Counted from the first letter of the stretch, positions 39,362 to 49,442 are shown. The stretch: DNA of 64,000 nt from Candidatus Moraniibacteriota bacterium (GCA_016699425.1 CP064975.1:2979-66978); one strand, 5' to 3'. A program made the numbers and translations. Notes: generated by a model not told the origin, from the sequence alone.

Positions 39362-42300
39362 GTGAGATGGCCGACTGATCCTCTACTGTCACGCCCGAGA
39401 ACCCTATCCGAATCGAGAGAAAAGAGTATGAACAAGAACGAAGGGAAGAGAATATTTCATGATCAGCATGGAGCTCGGGGACGCTATGTCGTTTCAGGGA
39501 CAGTCCTGCTTGGTCTATTGACCTTTTGTGTTTTCAGCGTGACAGCCGTGAGTGTATTGGTGACACCGCCGCTCCTCTCCTCTCTGGATCCAGGGGCATC
39601 TTCACTGAATCATCTCCCGGATACGGCTCCCGCCGATACGGTCTTGACGACTCCACTAGGAGTGACCCCGTGGCAGACCCTGTTCACGGCGCCTTCCCCG
39701 AAAGAGGGCGTAGCTGTGCCGTCGGAAGTGCTCGGCTTCTTCGTCAACTGGGATGACAATAGTTTGTATTCGCTGAAAGCCCACGCGGATTCACTGGATG
39801 GTCTCATCCCGGAATGGCTCCATCTCACGAGCGGGACCGGGGATTTCGCTCTCGACAATCCGGATCGGACGCAAGAGACTCGAGAGTTTCTCGATACCGA
39901 ACACGCTACATTACCGATTTACCCTCTCATAAATAACTACAATCCTCAGACGGACGGATGGGACAGTGAGAGTCTGGCCGGAGTTCTCGCTACCCCCGAG
40001 ACGCGCCAAGCCCTCATCAGCCATCTCCTCGACTATGCTGTGAGCCAGCGGACGGCCGGTATCACCATCGACTTCGAAGCGGTCCCCGATACTAGCCAAG
40101 CCTCTCTCGTGATCTTTATGGGAGAATTGTCACGCCAATTCCATGGGCAGGGGCTGCGAGTCATGCAGTGCATCCCGCTTACTGATGATTCTTTCGATAT
40201 CGCTGCACTCGGGAGAGCGAGCGATCAGATCATCCTCATGGCCTATGATGAACACGTGCCGAGTGAGCCGACGGCCGGGCCGATTGCTTCCATGGGTTGG
40301 TATGCAACCGGTATCGCGGAACGTTTCCGTGCACTTTCTCCGGATCGGTATATCGTGGCGCTCGGGAACTACGGCTATGTTTGGCCGCAAGACGAATCAG
40401 AGGATAGCTCACTGACTTTCCAGGAGGCCATGCGGAAGGCGGAGATGGCCCAAAGCCGGATCGGGCTTGAGTCGATTTCGCTCAATCCTACTTTCTCATA
40501 CACGGATAAGCAGCAGGTCTCTCACCGGGTTTGGTTTCTGGATGCCGTCTCAGTCTTCAATCAGATGGTAGGAGCCCAGAAGCTCGGCGGTGCTGGTCGG
40601 TATGCATTGTGGCGACTGGGCTCAGAGGATCCAGCGATCTGGAGTCTCTTCCAACGTCCGCGGTCGCTCGATCGTGCGGCTGCTGAAAAGCTCGAAGAAT
40701 TGCGCTTCACCTACGAACTCAGCTACGAAGGAACAGGAGAAATTCTCCAGCTGGCTGAGACCCCACAAAACGGTCATCGGGACCTCGAGTACGACGAAGC
40801 GACTGGGCTGATTCGGGCAGAGACGATTACGGATTTCCCGACGCCTTTTGTCCTGAGACGGTGGGGGGGAAGTGATGAGAAGAAAATCGCGCTCACATTT
40901 GATGACGGACCAGATGCCACCTATACGCCCGAGGTCTTGGCAGTTCTGAAGCGATACGATGTCGCCGCGACGTTCTTCGTCACGGGGCTGAATGCGAACT
41001 TGTATCCCGAAATATTAAGAGACATCTTTCGTCAGGGCAGTGAAATCGGCAATCACACCTATACACATCCGGATATCACGGCGATTTCTCGTCGGCAGTT
41101 TCGTCTCGAGCTCGATAGTACGGAGCGCATTATCGAAGGGATACTCGGGAGGAAGACACTGCTCTTCCGACCTCCGTATGCCGAAGACACTGAGCCGGCG
41201 AATGTGGAAGAAGTTACCCCACTCGTTCTGACTCGTGATCTCGGCTATTACACCGTCGGTATGCATATCGACCCGAGCGATTGGAAGCAACCGTCAGCAC
41301 AACATATCGCCGACGAAGTGTTGGCCCAAGCCAAAGCTGGGGCGGGTAATGTCGTGCTCTTGCATGACGCGGGTGGCCGTCGCGAAGAGACCGTCGCAGC
41401 GCTCCCGATCATCATCGGACGACTGAAGGCCGAGGGTTATGAGATCGTTACGCTATCGCAGCTGATGGGACTCACGCCGGAGACGGTTATGCCACCGGTC
41501 ACAGCTGGCGACAGACTCCTCTCTCATATCAATGGCCTCACGGTGCTCTCTATGAGTTTCTTCAATGCCTTCATGCGAGCGATGTTTGGCATCGGCATCA
41601 TTCTCGGCATCGGACGGTTTGTCGTGCTCGGGACACTGGGACTCGGGAACACGATGAAGGCACGCTTCGCAAAGAAAGGGCTGGAGCGAAGAGAACAATC
41701 CTACCGTCCGACGGTGAGTGCTATCATCCCGGCGCATGACGAGGAACGCGTGATCGTTCGGACCGTGCGCTCGATCCTTGATTCAGACTATCCGCTTTCG
41801 AGTATCATCGTCATCGACGACGGATCAGTGGATCGGACGGTAGCGGTGTTACAACAGTCCTTTCCGAACTGCCCGAACCTGCGGATCATTTCCCAGACGC
41901 ATACTGGCAAGGCCGCCGCGCTGAATCGAGGCATCCGAGAGTCAGACGCCGACATCATCGTGAGTTTGGATGCGGACACACTGTTCCTCCCACAGACGAT
42001 TCGGAAAATAGTCCGGCATTTCTCTGACCCGAGAATCGCGGGCGTATCTGGCAATACGAAAGTCGGCAATCGGCTCAATCTCCTGACGCGTTGGCAGGCA
42101 CTTGAGTATGTCACGAGTCAGAACCTGGATCGGCGCGCGTTCGAGGTGCTGAACTGCATCCCGGTGATCTCTGGTGCCGTGGGAGGCTGGCGCCGCTCGG
42201 CTCTGGTGGAAGTTGGGGGATTTTCCGACGCGACTCTGGCGGAGGATGCCGATGCGACGTGGAGTTTACTGCGGTCAGGGTACGAGATTGTCTATGAGGA

Positions 42301-42823
42301 GGAAGCTATCGCTTTCACCGAAGCGCCCGCGACGGTCAGGAATTTCGTCAAACAGCGTTTCCGCTGGGCCTATGGTACGTTTCAGACGGCTTGGAAGCAC
42401 AAAGGTGCGTTTGTTCTCGGACCACCAAGCGTGGGTTGGGTGGCCGTCCCAAATGTCTTCATATTCCAAATATTGTTCCCTCTCGTCGCCCCGCTGATGG
42501 ATCTGCTCCTCGTTTCTTCGCTCGCGTGGTACGGTTGGCAAAAGTGGCAGCATCCACTCGCCTTTTCTGGATTCCAAGGTGTACCTGAGGTTCTCGGTTA
42601 CTATCTACTCTTCCTGGCACTGGACTTCTTCACCGCCCTCATTCCCTTCCTCTGGGAGCGACATGAGCGACTCAGTCTCCTCCTGTGGCTTCCCTTGCAG
42701 CGGTTCTTCTACCGACAACTTCTCTACTACGTGACCTTCCGGGCGCTGTGGACAGCCGCCAAGGGGACACTGGCCCACTGGCGAAAAGTCGAACGCAAAG
42801 CGACTGCGGAGATACTCACCTAA
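39362..42823 (+). CDS. Fused exopolysaccharide enzyme: GH18-like domain, CE4 polysaccharide deacetylase (NodB) domain and C-terminal GT2 glycosyltransferase (PgaB/PgaC- or IcaB/IcaA-like fusion). Start may be at 39427.
   Basis: NodB motifs TFDDGP and HTYTHP. GT2 motifs DDGSVD, DADT and QRFRW with C-terminal TM helices. Confidence 0.8.
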   Translation: MRWPTDPLLSRPRTLSESREKSMNKNEGKRIFHDQHGARGRYVVSGTVLLGLLTFCVFSVTAVSVLVTPPLLSSLDPGASSLNHLPDTAPADTVLTTPLGVTPWQTLFTAPSPKEGVAVPSEVLGFFVNWDDNSLYSLKAHADSLDGLIPEWLHLTSGTGDFALDNPDRTQETREFLDTEHATLPIYPLINNYNPQTDGWDSESLAGVLATPETRQALISHLLDYAVSQRTAGITIDFEAVPDTSQASLVIFMGELSRQFHGQGLRVMQCIPLTDDSFDIAALGRASDQIILMAYDEHVPSEPTAGPIASMGWYATGIAERFRALSPDRYIVALGNYGYVWPQDESEDSSLTFQEAMRKAEMAQSRIGLESISLNPTFSYTDKQQVSHRVWFLDAVSVFNQMVGAQKLGGAGRYALWRLGSEDPAIWSLFQRPRSLDRAAAEKLEELRFTYELSYEGTGEILQLAETPQNGHRDLEYDEATGLIRAETITDFPTPFVLRRWGGSDEKKIALTFDDGPDATYTPEVLAVLKRYDVAATFFVTGLNANLYPEILRDIFRQGSEIGNHTYTHPDITAISRRQFRLELDSTERIIEGILGRKTLLFRPPYAEDTEPANVEEVTPLVLTRDLGYYTVGMHIDPSDWKQPSAQHIADEVLAQAKAGAGNVVLLHDAGGRREETVAALPIIIGRLKAEGYEIVTLSQLMGLTPETVMPPVTAGDRLLSHINGLTVLSMSFFNAFMRAMFGIGIILGIGRFVVLGTLGLGNTMKARFAKKGLERREQSYRPTVSAIIPAHDEERVIVRTVRSILDSDYPLSSIIVIDDGSVDRTVAVLQQSFPNCPNLRIISQTHTGKAAALNRGIRESDADIIVSLDADTLFLPQTIRKIVRHFSDPRIAGVSGNTKVGNRLNLLTRWQALEYVTSQNLDRRAFEVLNCIPVISGAVGGWRRSALVEVGGFSDATLAEDADATWSLLRSGYEIVYEEEAIAFTEAPATVRNFVKQRFRWAYGTFQTAWKHKGAFVLGPPSVGWVAVPNVFIFQILFPLVAPLMDLLLVSSLAWYGWQKWQHPLAFSGFQGVPEVLGYYLLFLALDFFTALIPFLWERHERLSLLLWLPLQRFFYRQLLYYVTFRALWTAAKGTLAHWRKVERKATAEILT

Positions 42824-42960
42824 AAATTTTTCGAGTACTCGTTGAATAGTGTATTTTCTTCCAGAAGGACAACCTGAATGCAGTGTTTCTATTTGTACCG
42901 CAGGGCGTCGACCAGCCGGCAAGAGCTACGCCCTAGCGTTGCTGGCGGGGGCGTAAGAAC

Positions 42961-44148
42961 TTATTTGTATCGTAATGCATCCAGTGCATCAATTCTACTC
43001 GCTGAGCGAGCCGGGAAGACCCCGGTGAGGAAGCCGACGAAAGCACCGAAGCCGATGACGGTCATCACAAACCAAAGCGGGGAGTAGAAGAGCGAGACGG
43101 CCTCGCCACCGAAGCGCGTCGCCACGGCATTGATGAGGACATTGATGATAAATCCACCGACATAACCAATACCGACACCGCCGACGGAACCCAGAAAGCC
43201 CATGAGAGTGGACTCCATCACAAACATGAGCGAGATATCAGATTTGGATGCGCCGATAGCCTTCATGATACCGATCTCCTCGGTCCGCTCGAGGAGGGTG
43301 ATGGTCATCGTGTTAAACATACCGATGGCTGAAACGACGAGCGCGATCGTACCGAAAACCATGAGGACGATTTGGATGGCGCGGAAAACTTTATTGGCCT
43401 GATCGATCGTCTCCGAGATAGAGGAGGCCGTGAGACCGAGGGCATCGATCGCAGTGCGGACGGGCTCGATGACATTCGTCGATCGGCACTTCACTTTGAG
43501 CTTGGTGTACTGGTCGATAGTGAGCGAGCCGAGAGAATCGAGTGGTACATAGACGATGTTTTCAGCTCCTTCGCCGATGCCGACGATAGTGTAGGCTTGC
43601 CCGAGATCGACCGAGGTACCCCGGCCGGCCGCGTCGGGGTTGATGAAGAGGGTGATGGCCATAGTTTTCCCGAGCATTTCTTCGGGTGTGACACCATAGA
43701 CCTGGGCGACGGCTTTGGTGATGACAATTTCGTGCACATTGCCCTTGTCAAAGAGGCGACCGTCCTCAATCTTCAATCCTTCACTTTTCAGATAGGCGGG
43801 TCCGGTCGAGACGGTCGAAACGTCGAGTGTGATGTTGTTGAAGCGACCCTGGCCGGCGAGCTCGAGCGCGGGGATGACATCGATGACATCGGGGATCGTG
43901 CCGAGCTTTTCGATGGTCGTTTGGTTTAGTTTGGCTGCTTTGTCTTCTCCGAGAGTGACATCGAGTGAAACAAGTGCGTCGGACGTGGTGATCTTCTGGA
44001 GGAGGGTACGTTGGAGTCCATAACCAAAAGAGACGAGGAACATAATGGCCGAGATGCCGACTGACATGCCGAGGATGGTCAAGAGGGTACGCATCGTGCG
44101 CGCCTTGAACATGCGGAGCGAGAGTTTGAGGACATCGAAAAATCGCAT
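42961..44148 (-). CDS. ABC transporter permease, FtsX/MacB family
   Basis: 395 aa with 4 TM helices and a large periplasmic loop. Confidence 0.85.
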   Translation of the reverse strand: MRFFDVLKLSLRMFKARTMRTLLTILGMSVGISAIMFLVSFGYGLQRTLLQKITTSDALVSLDVTLGEDKAAKLNQTTIEKLGTIPDVIDVIPALELAGQGRFNNITLDVSTVSTGPAYLKSEGLKIEDGRLFDKGNVHEIVITKAVAQVYGVTPEEMLGKTMAITLFINPDAAGRGTSVDLGQAYTIVGIGEGAENIVYVPLDSLGSLTIDQYTKLKVKCRSTNVIEPVRTAIDALGLTASSISETIDQANKVFRAIQIVLMVFGTIALVVSAIGMFNTMTITLLERTEEIGIMKAIGASKSDISLMFVMESTLMGFLGSVGGVGIGYVGGFIINVLINAVATRFGGEAVSLFYSPLWFVMTVIGFGAFVGFLTGVFPARSASRIDALDALRYK

Positions 44149-44151
44149 AGA

Positions 44152-45498
44152 CTAGCTGTATTTGAGAAGCATGATGATTTCGATCTCGCGAGTCATCTTC
44201 TCGACCGTGTCGCGACGGAGGCCGACGCCGCCTTGGATGATGGACTTATCAAGTTTTCTGGATAGCTCGATTTGGCCGATCGCGCTCTCGAGTCGGAGCT
44301 TCAGTGCTGCCTGGAGCCGCAGTCGGGCTTCATCGGAGAGTTTCAGATGGAATTCTTTTTCGAGATAGAGCGCGAGAGCGACGGCACCCTCGTCGGTCGT
44401 GGTGCGGAGTGCCTGGGTCATATTCAAGATATTTTCGACCCGTTTGGCAAATTTGATAGCACGCAGTTTATTCCAGCCAGCGCCACCCTGATCGAGTTCG
44501 AGATCGAGCCGATTGGTGAAGAGCGGTACGTCGATGTTCTTGAAAAGGAGCTCTTTCAGGAAGGCTTCGGCCATCGAGACCTGTTCATCAGAAAGTTCGG
44601 AGAGGAGATGGGCGAGGAGTTGTTTGGCTTTGAACGGGATGAGGAGCATGTCGACTTGCTGTGGCAAAAGGTTTTTGAAAGAGTTCATGAGAATCTTCAG
44701 CTCGCTGTTCTCCTCCTTTTCTTCCATGAGGAAGTCTTCCATCTTCTTCTCCTTCAGGATTGGCCGCTTTTCCTTGAAGACCTGTTCTTTGATAACACGA
44801 CCATCCTTCATGTGAATGACACGATCAGCGTAGACGAGGTGGTCCGGATTGTGTGTCACCATGATGACGGTCTTCTTGTCGACGTCGTTGAGCTCCTTCA
44901 GAATATCGAGCACATTTTGGGCGGACTCGGAGTCGAGGTTACCGACCGGTTCATCGGCCAGGATGATATCGGGATTATTCACGAGAGAGCGGGCGATGGC
45001 GACACGCTGCTTTTGACCGCCCGAGAGCTGATTCGGCATCTTATCGCCCTGTTCGGCGATACCGAAACGGCGCAGGAGTGAAAAGCCGTCTTTCTTCCTC
45101 TCGGCCGGCGTTTCACCGCGGAAGACGCGTGGGAGGCAGACATTGTCGAGGATATCGAGTGACGGGATGAGGTAGAACGCCTGAAAAACCATCCCGAGCG
45201 TGCTCTGATGGAGGTCAAGCGTTTCGCGTTCTGTCATTTTGGAAATCGGTTTGCCCTTGATGAAGACATCGCCGTAGGTGGCAGACTGGAGGCCGGAAAT
45301 CGAATAGAGCAAGGTCGACTTGCCGCAGCCGGATGGCCCAAAAATGATCACGTACTCCTGAGGGTAGATCGAGATATTTGTCTCCTCGAGTGCGCGCATC
45401 TCATTCGGTTTGCCGCGATTGTAGATAATGCGAAGCTTGTCGATCACAATCAATGGATCGACCGACTGTTTGGTGGGAGCGAGAGCGGGTTCAGGCAT
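44152..45498 (-). CDS. ABC transporter ATP-binding protein (MacB-like) with a ~220-aa C-terminal extension of unknown function
   Basis: Walker A GPSGCGKST, LSGGQKQR signature, Walker B ILADEP. Start MPEPALAP is preceded by AGGAAAAAG. Confidence 0.8.
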   Translation of the reverse strand: MPEPALAPTKQSVDPLIVIDKLRIIYNRGKPNEMRALEETNISIYPQEYVIIFGPSGCGKSTLLYSISGLQSATYGDVFIKGKPISKMTERETLDLHQSTLGMVFQAFYLIPSLDILDNVCLPRVFRGETPAERKKDGFSLLRRFGIAEQGDKMPNQLSGGQKQRVAIARSLVNNPDIILADEPVGNLDSESAQNVLDILKELNDVDKKTVIMVTHNPDHLVYADRVIHMKDGRVIKEQVFKEKRPILKEKKMEDFLMEEKEENSELKILMNSFKNLLPQQVDMLLIPFKAKQLLAHLLSELSDEQVSMAEAFLKELLFKNIDVPLFTNRLDLELDQGGAGWNKLRAIKFAKRVENILNMTQALRTTTDEGAVALALYLEKEFHLKLSDEARLRLQAALKLRLESAIGQIELSRKLDKSIIQGGVGLRRDTVEKMTREIEIIMLLKYS

Positions 45499-45761
45499 GT
45501 TCTTTTTCCTGTAGGATAGCATATCTTCGCTTAGTTTGGGCATGATTCGCTGTACGGCCGAGAGTGCTTTCGGTATGATGAGGATGCCTGTATGAAACTT
45601 TCGACTCAAACCATTCTCATCCTTGGTCTCGTCCAGTGCATCATCCTGACGCTTGTGCTCGTGCTTTTCTTCCGTTATCAGCACTCACTCGAGTCAGCCA
45701 AACCGGCCGCGGTCCCAGGAACCAACCCCGAAGTCAGGAAGTAAATAGTCTCAATGTTGTT

Positions 45762-46505
45762 ATGGAAAACCTTCTCAAATCCCTACAGCCGATCCTTCAT
45801 TGGGGCTATCAGTTGCATGACTGGGTGAGCGATTTCCTGGTGAAGCATATCTTCGCCGTGAAGCGAACCCTCTTGGTCTTGGCGCATCTTTCACTCTTCG
45901 GCTTTCTTTTCCCTGAGATGCGCAAGGATTTCGGCGAGCTCGCAGCCAATCTCCTCATCGTCATTCTCTTCATTAGCCCCTTGTCGAAGATCTTCCGGAT
46001 GCGGCTCCTTATTCAGCTCATGATGCTGCGGCGCGAGCTCGGCATCATGATGGGGTATCTCGCGACGGTGCACGGTGTCGGTTATCTCATCGATCCCGAC
46101 TGGGCGGATTTCATCATCCAGCCGATGCTGGCCGGGAATTTTTGGGGAGATGATCCGCGGTATACGTTCGGGATTCTTGCTTATGCTCTGACCTTACCGC
46201 TTCTCCTAACCTCGAATGCGCTCTCTCAGCGGTTCCTGGGGACGAAGTGGAAGTTGCTCCATCGGTCGGTCTATCTTATGTTCGCCTTCGCTATTATTCA
46301 CCGCTTCCTCGTCAAGGGTGCACCGGTATTTGTCATTGTTGAAATCATTGTTCTTCTCGGTTCGTATGGGTTACTGAAGGCACTCGCTTGGAAGAACTTC
46401 CTTCCACCCCTTGCCACGGCAATTCGTTTCGTGGCCGAGGACTATCGCCGTTTCAAACAACTGGGCCCTCCGGTGGCGGCGGCCCCACCGTCAGCTACGA
46501 TTTGA
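45762..46505 (+). CDS. Ferric-reductase-like transmembrane protein (MsrQ/YedZ family-like)
   Basis: 6 TM helices with conserved His in TM3 and TM5 positions. Confidence 0.45.
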   Translation: MENLLKSLQPILHWGYQLHDWVSDFLVKHIFAVKRTLLVLAHLSLFGFLFPEMRKDFGELAANLLIVILFISPLSKIFRMRLLIQLMMLRRELGIMMGYLATVHGVGYLIDPDWADFIIQPMLAGNFWGDDPRYTFGILAYALTLPLLLTSNALSQRFLGTKWKLLHRSVYLMFAFAIIHRFLVKGAPVFVIVEIIVLLGSYGLLKALAWKNFLPPLATAIRFVAEDYRRFKQLGPPVAAAPPSATI

Positions 46506-46639
46506 ATGGGTTTTCGACCATGCTGCGGCCGCAAGTATGGTATAAACCCTGCTAATAGCCCTGCAGAAGGGTGATATATAGTGACGTATTTGGTGTGATG
46601 GTATACTGGGAAGGCTAATTCTTTAGACTGTCGAGGCGT

Positions 46640-47524
46640 ATGGATGAGATGCAACCGATCCCTGAGAGAGAGGATGTGCAGGGAGAAAAGTCCTGTTGTG
46701 GTGGCAAGGCCGCCGGCCAGTGTCGTCACGGGGGTGACCGAGAAGAGAAAGGGGCCTGGATCGTTGCGGGCGCGGTGCTTCTTTCGGGCCTCATGGTCGC
46801 GGCGAGTCTCCTCGTCTCCGTGAAACCAGGGAAGTTAGTCGAAGCTGGGACACCAGCTGCGCAACAGGCGGCGGCCCAACCAGCGGCCCAGCCCACTGTG
46901 ACGCTCGATCAGGTGAAGACCCTCTTTACTTCGAAGAACCTGGCCTTTGGAAACAAGGATAGCAAGGTGCTGTTCGTCGAATTCAGCGATCCGAGTTGTC
47001 CGTTCTGTCATGTCGCTGCCGGAAAAAACCCGAGCCTCAATAAGCAAGTCGGGGGTCAGTTTGTCATGGTGAAGGAAGGTGGGACCTATATCGCACCAGT
47101 GCCTGAAATGAAAAAGCTCGTTGATGCCGGTAAGGCCGGTTTCGTCTGGCTCTATGCCAATGGGCACGGCAATGGTGAGATGGCGACCAAAGCCCTATAC
47201 TGCGCTCACGAGAAAGGGAAGTTCTGGGAGGTTCATGATCTTCTCATGAATGAGACGGGGTATGGTCTCCTGAACAATGATGTGAAGAATGATGTCGCAA
47301 AGGCTGGCACGCTCGCTACCTTTTTGAAGGGTGCGGTGAGCGCGAGTGAGATGCAAGCCTGTCTCGAGAGTGGCAAATACGACAGTCGAATCTCTGACGA
47401 TATGGCCGTGGCTCAGCAATTTGGCTTCCGTGGGACACCAAGCTTCTTCATCAACCAGACCAATTTTGCTGGCGCGGTTAGCTTCAAGGACATGCAGTCT
47501 ACGGTGGACGCGTTGCTCAAGTAA
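46640..47524 (+). CDS. DsbA-like thioredoxin-fold thiol:disulfide oxidoreductase with N-terminal TM anchor
   Basis: CPFC active-site motif in a thioredoxin context. Confidence 0.7.
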   Translation: MDEMQPIPEREDVQGEKSCCGGKAAGQCRHGGDREEKGAWIVAGAVLLSGLMVAASLLVSVKPGKLVEAGTPAAQQAAAQPAAQPTVTLDQVKTLFTSKNLAFGNKDSKVLFVEFSDPSCPFCHVAAGKNPSLNKQVGGQFVMVKEGGTYIAPVPEMKKLVDAGKAGFVWLYANGHGNGEMATKALYCAHEKGKFWEVHDLLMNETGYGLLNNDVKNDVAKAGTLATFLKGAVSASEMQACLESGKYDSRISDDMAVAQQFGFRGTPSFFINQTNFAGAVSFKDMQSTVDALLK

Positions 47525-47557
47525 TCGTCGCTAGGACTGGAGACTGATCGTGACAAT

Positions 47558-47590
47558 GAAAAAACCCGCGTGAGCGGGTTTTTTCATCAA
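47558..47590. terminator. Bidirectional rho-independent terminator (AAAAAACCCGC-GTGA-GCGGGTTTTTT)
   Basis: Perfect hairpin with A and T runs on both sides, between convergent genes. Confidence 0.7.
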
Positions 47591-47610
47591 TCTTGAAAGT
47601 ATCTTGGTGC

Positions 47611-47961
47611 TTACTTTGCCAGCACGCTTTTGACCAGGGTGGCAAACACGGTGGGGTTCTCGACCGCCATCTCAGAGAGGACTTTCCGATCGAGAGCGAT
47701 GGTCTTGGTCTTCAGGAGGGCGATGAATTTGGCATAGGTCGTACCGTTTTCCCGGAGGGCATTGTTGAGCCGGACGATCCACAGGGCGCGGAAGGTACGC
47801 TTCTTGGCACGGCGGTCACGGCGGGCATATTTTCCGGCTTTGATGACGGCTTCCTTTGCCTTGGTGAAGAGCTTCTTGCGGCCCCAACGGTAGCCCTTGG
47901 CTTTCTTCAGGATGTTCTTGTGGCGCTTCTTGGTCATCACGCCGCGCTTGACTCGGGACAT
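47611..47961 (-). CDS. rplT: 50S ribosomal protein L20
   Basis: MSRVKRGVMTKKRHKNILKKAKGYRWGRKKLF... Confidence 0.95.
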   Translation of the reverse strand: MSRVKRGVMTKKRHKNILKKAKGYRWGRKKLFTKAKEAVIKAGKYARRDRRAKKRTFRALWIVRLNNALRENGTTYAKFIALLKTKTIALDRKVLSEMAVENPTVFATLVKSVLAK

Positions 47962-48044
47962 ACGGTGGAAAAATCGATATTAGGAATGCTCTATTCTGTC
48001 TCAAAAGGGCGGAGAAGTCAAATCCCTTCCCTCTTCTGTTGTGG

Positions 48045-48242
48045 CTAGGCGTGTCGGAGGGCCCGTTTGACGTTCTTCACATCGACAGCCAAGACGACAT
48101 GGTCGGCACGCTTGGCTCGAGTGGCCTTGCCAGTGTCCCGGGTATTGTAGTGGTTCTGGCCGGTCGAGCGGCGCTTCAATTTCCCGGTCCCGGTGACTTT
48201 GAATTTCTTCGAGACATTCTTCTTCGTCTTCATCTTGGGCAT
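48045..48242 (-). CDS. rpmI: 50S ribosomal protein L35
   Basis: MPKMKTKKNVSKKFKVTGTGKLKRR... Confidence 0.9.
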   Translation of the reverse strand: MPKMKTKKNVSKKFKVTGTGKLKRRSTGQNHYNTRDTGKATRAKRADHVVLAVDVKNVKRALRHA

Positions 48243-48347
48243 AGGGTTAACTGACAACCAACCACTGACAACCGACAACAAATACAGAAGACGATTGTCG
48301 GGGATGCGAGTGGTGGGTCGTGGGTGGTTAGTGGTGGGTTATTATAA

Positions 48348-48896
48348 TTATTCCGGAGCGATGAGAATGCTGAAACCGCGTGGTCCGCGAGTCACATTCT
48401 CCTCGATCTTGTGGGGGACGGTGATCGTTTTCACAAAAGCGAGGAGATTCTCTTTGGCTTTGTCACCCATCGCTTTCTCGCGGCCGCGGAGCATTAGGTC
48501 GATCTTGATCTTGTTACCCTTCAGCATAAACTTTTCTGCCTGGGTCTTCTTGAAGAACAAGTCATGCTTTTCGGTCCGGTAGCCAAGACGGACGCCCTTG
48601 GTCTCGACCTTCTTCTGCTTCACCTTGGCCGCCTGTGCCTGCTTGGCCTGCTGATATTGCATCTTGCCGTAGTCGGTGACACGACAGACTGGCGGGATGG
48701 CTTGCGGCGAGACTTCGACGAGGTCGAGCCCCTTCTCCTTGGCGAGGATGATCGCAGCGGCCGGCGCCATCGTACCCAGGTTCTCGCCTTCCTCAGTGAT
48801 CACGACAACCTCCGCGACGAGGATTTGCTCGTTCACGCGGTACCGTTGCTTGATGACGACTTTCGGTTTTGGCCTGTGGTGCCTGCGGCGTCTCAT
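48348..48896 (-). CDS. infC: Translation initiation factor IF-3 (start codon uncertain)
   Basis: Conserved IF3 N- and C-domains. The leader is C/A-rich (GCTACCC x3) with no SD. Confidence 0.85.
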   Translation of the reverse strand: MRRRRHHRPKPKVVIKQRYRVNEQILVAEVVVITEEGENLGTMAPAAAIILAKEKGLDLVEVSPQAIPPVCRVTDYGKMQYQQAKQAQAAKVKQKKVETKGVRLGYRTEKHDLFFKKTQAEKFMLKGNKIKIDLMLRGREKAMGDKAKENLLAFVKTITVPHKIEENVTRGPRGFSILIAPE

Positions 48897-48997
48897 GGGT
48901 AGCGGGTAGCGGGTAGTTGGTAGTGGTTAGCTTTTCGGGTTCGGCGAACCGTCGTCCGTACAAGCTTTATTACTACAACCTACAAGCTAAGTTTAAT

Positions 48998-49442
48998 TGG
49001 TGGAGTTGATGGGAATTGCACCCATGTCCAGTAACGAGTATCTAAAATAGTCTACAAGCGTAGTCGGCTTTGGGTACGATCAGAAGGTAGAAAGCTGACA
49101 AAATCCTTCCGAACGCTGCTCCTTTGCAATACAACTTGAGAATGAAGGAGTAGGAAATATCCTCGCGTCGCCTCGATGATATGGCACCGGAGAAATCCTT
49201 ATCGAGAATGAGGAGTCCGATGCCCGCCAGCAACGCTGGAGCGTAGCCCTTGCGGGCTGGGCTCTCTCACCTAACTTTAGGCGAGAGCAGGAGCGAAAGA
49301 CGGAGCAAATGCTTGCGCGATTGCGTTCTTTGCTTTGGTGATGAAGTTTGCATTTATCATCGTGAGAGCGAGTTTTACGACCATGCCCTCAAGGTCGGCT
49401 TGCCTATTTTAAAAGTACGCCCTGTCGAGTCTAGACAACCCC
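48998..49442 (-). ncRNA. ssrA: tmRNA (ssrA)
   Basis: 5' GGGGTTG...CUAGACUCGACAGGG (cf. consensus GGAUUCGACGGG), with a G3:U70 acceptor pair. 3' T-arm GGGTGCAATTCCCAT + CAACTCC-A-CCA. Candidate tag ORF ANFITKAKNAIAQAFAPSFAPALA-TAA. It lies immediately next to smpB on the same strand. Confidence 0.6.

Noticed and set aside
42824-42960. AGGGCGT...ACGCCCT inverted repeat between convergent genes, considered as a regulatory element
   Set aside because: Only a 7-bp stem with a 19-nt loop and no T-run. More likely an incidental or weak terminator.
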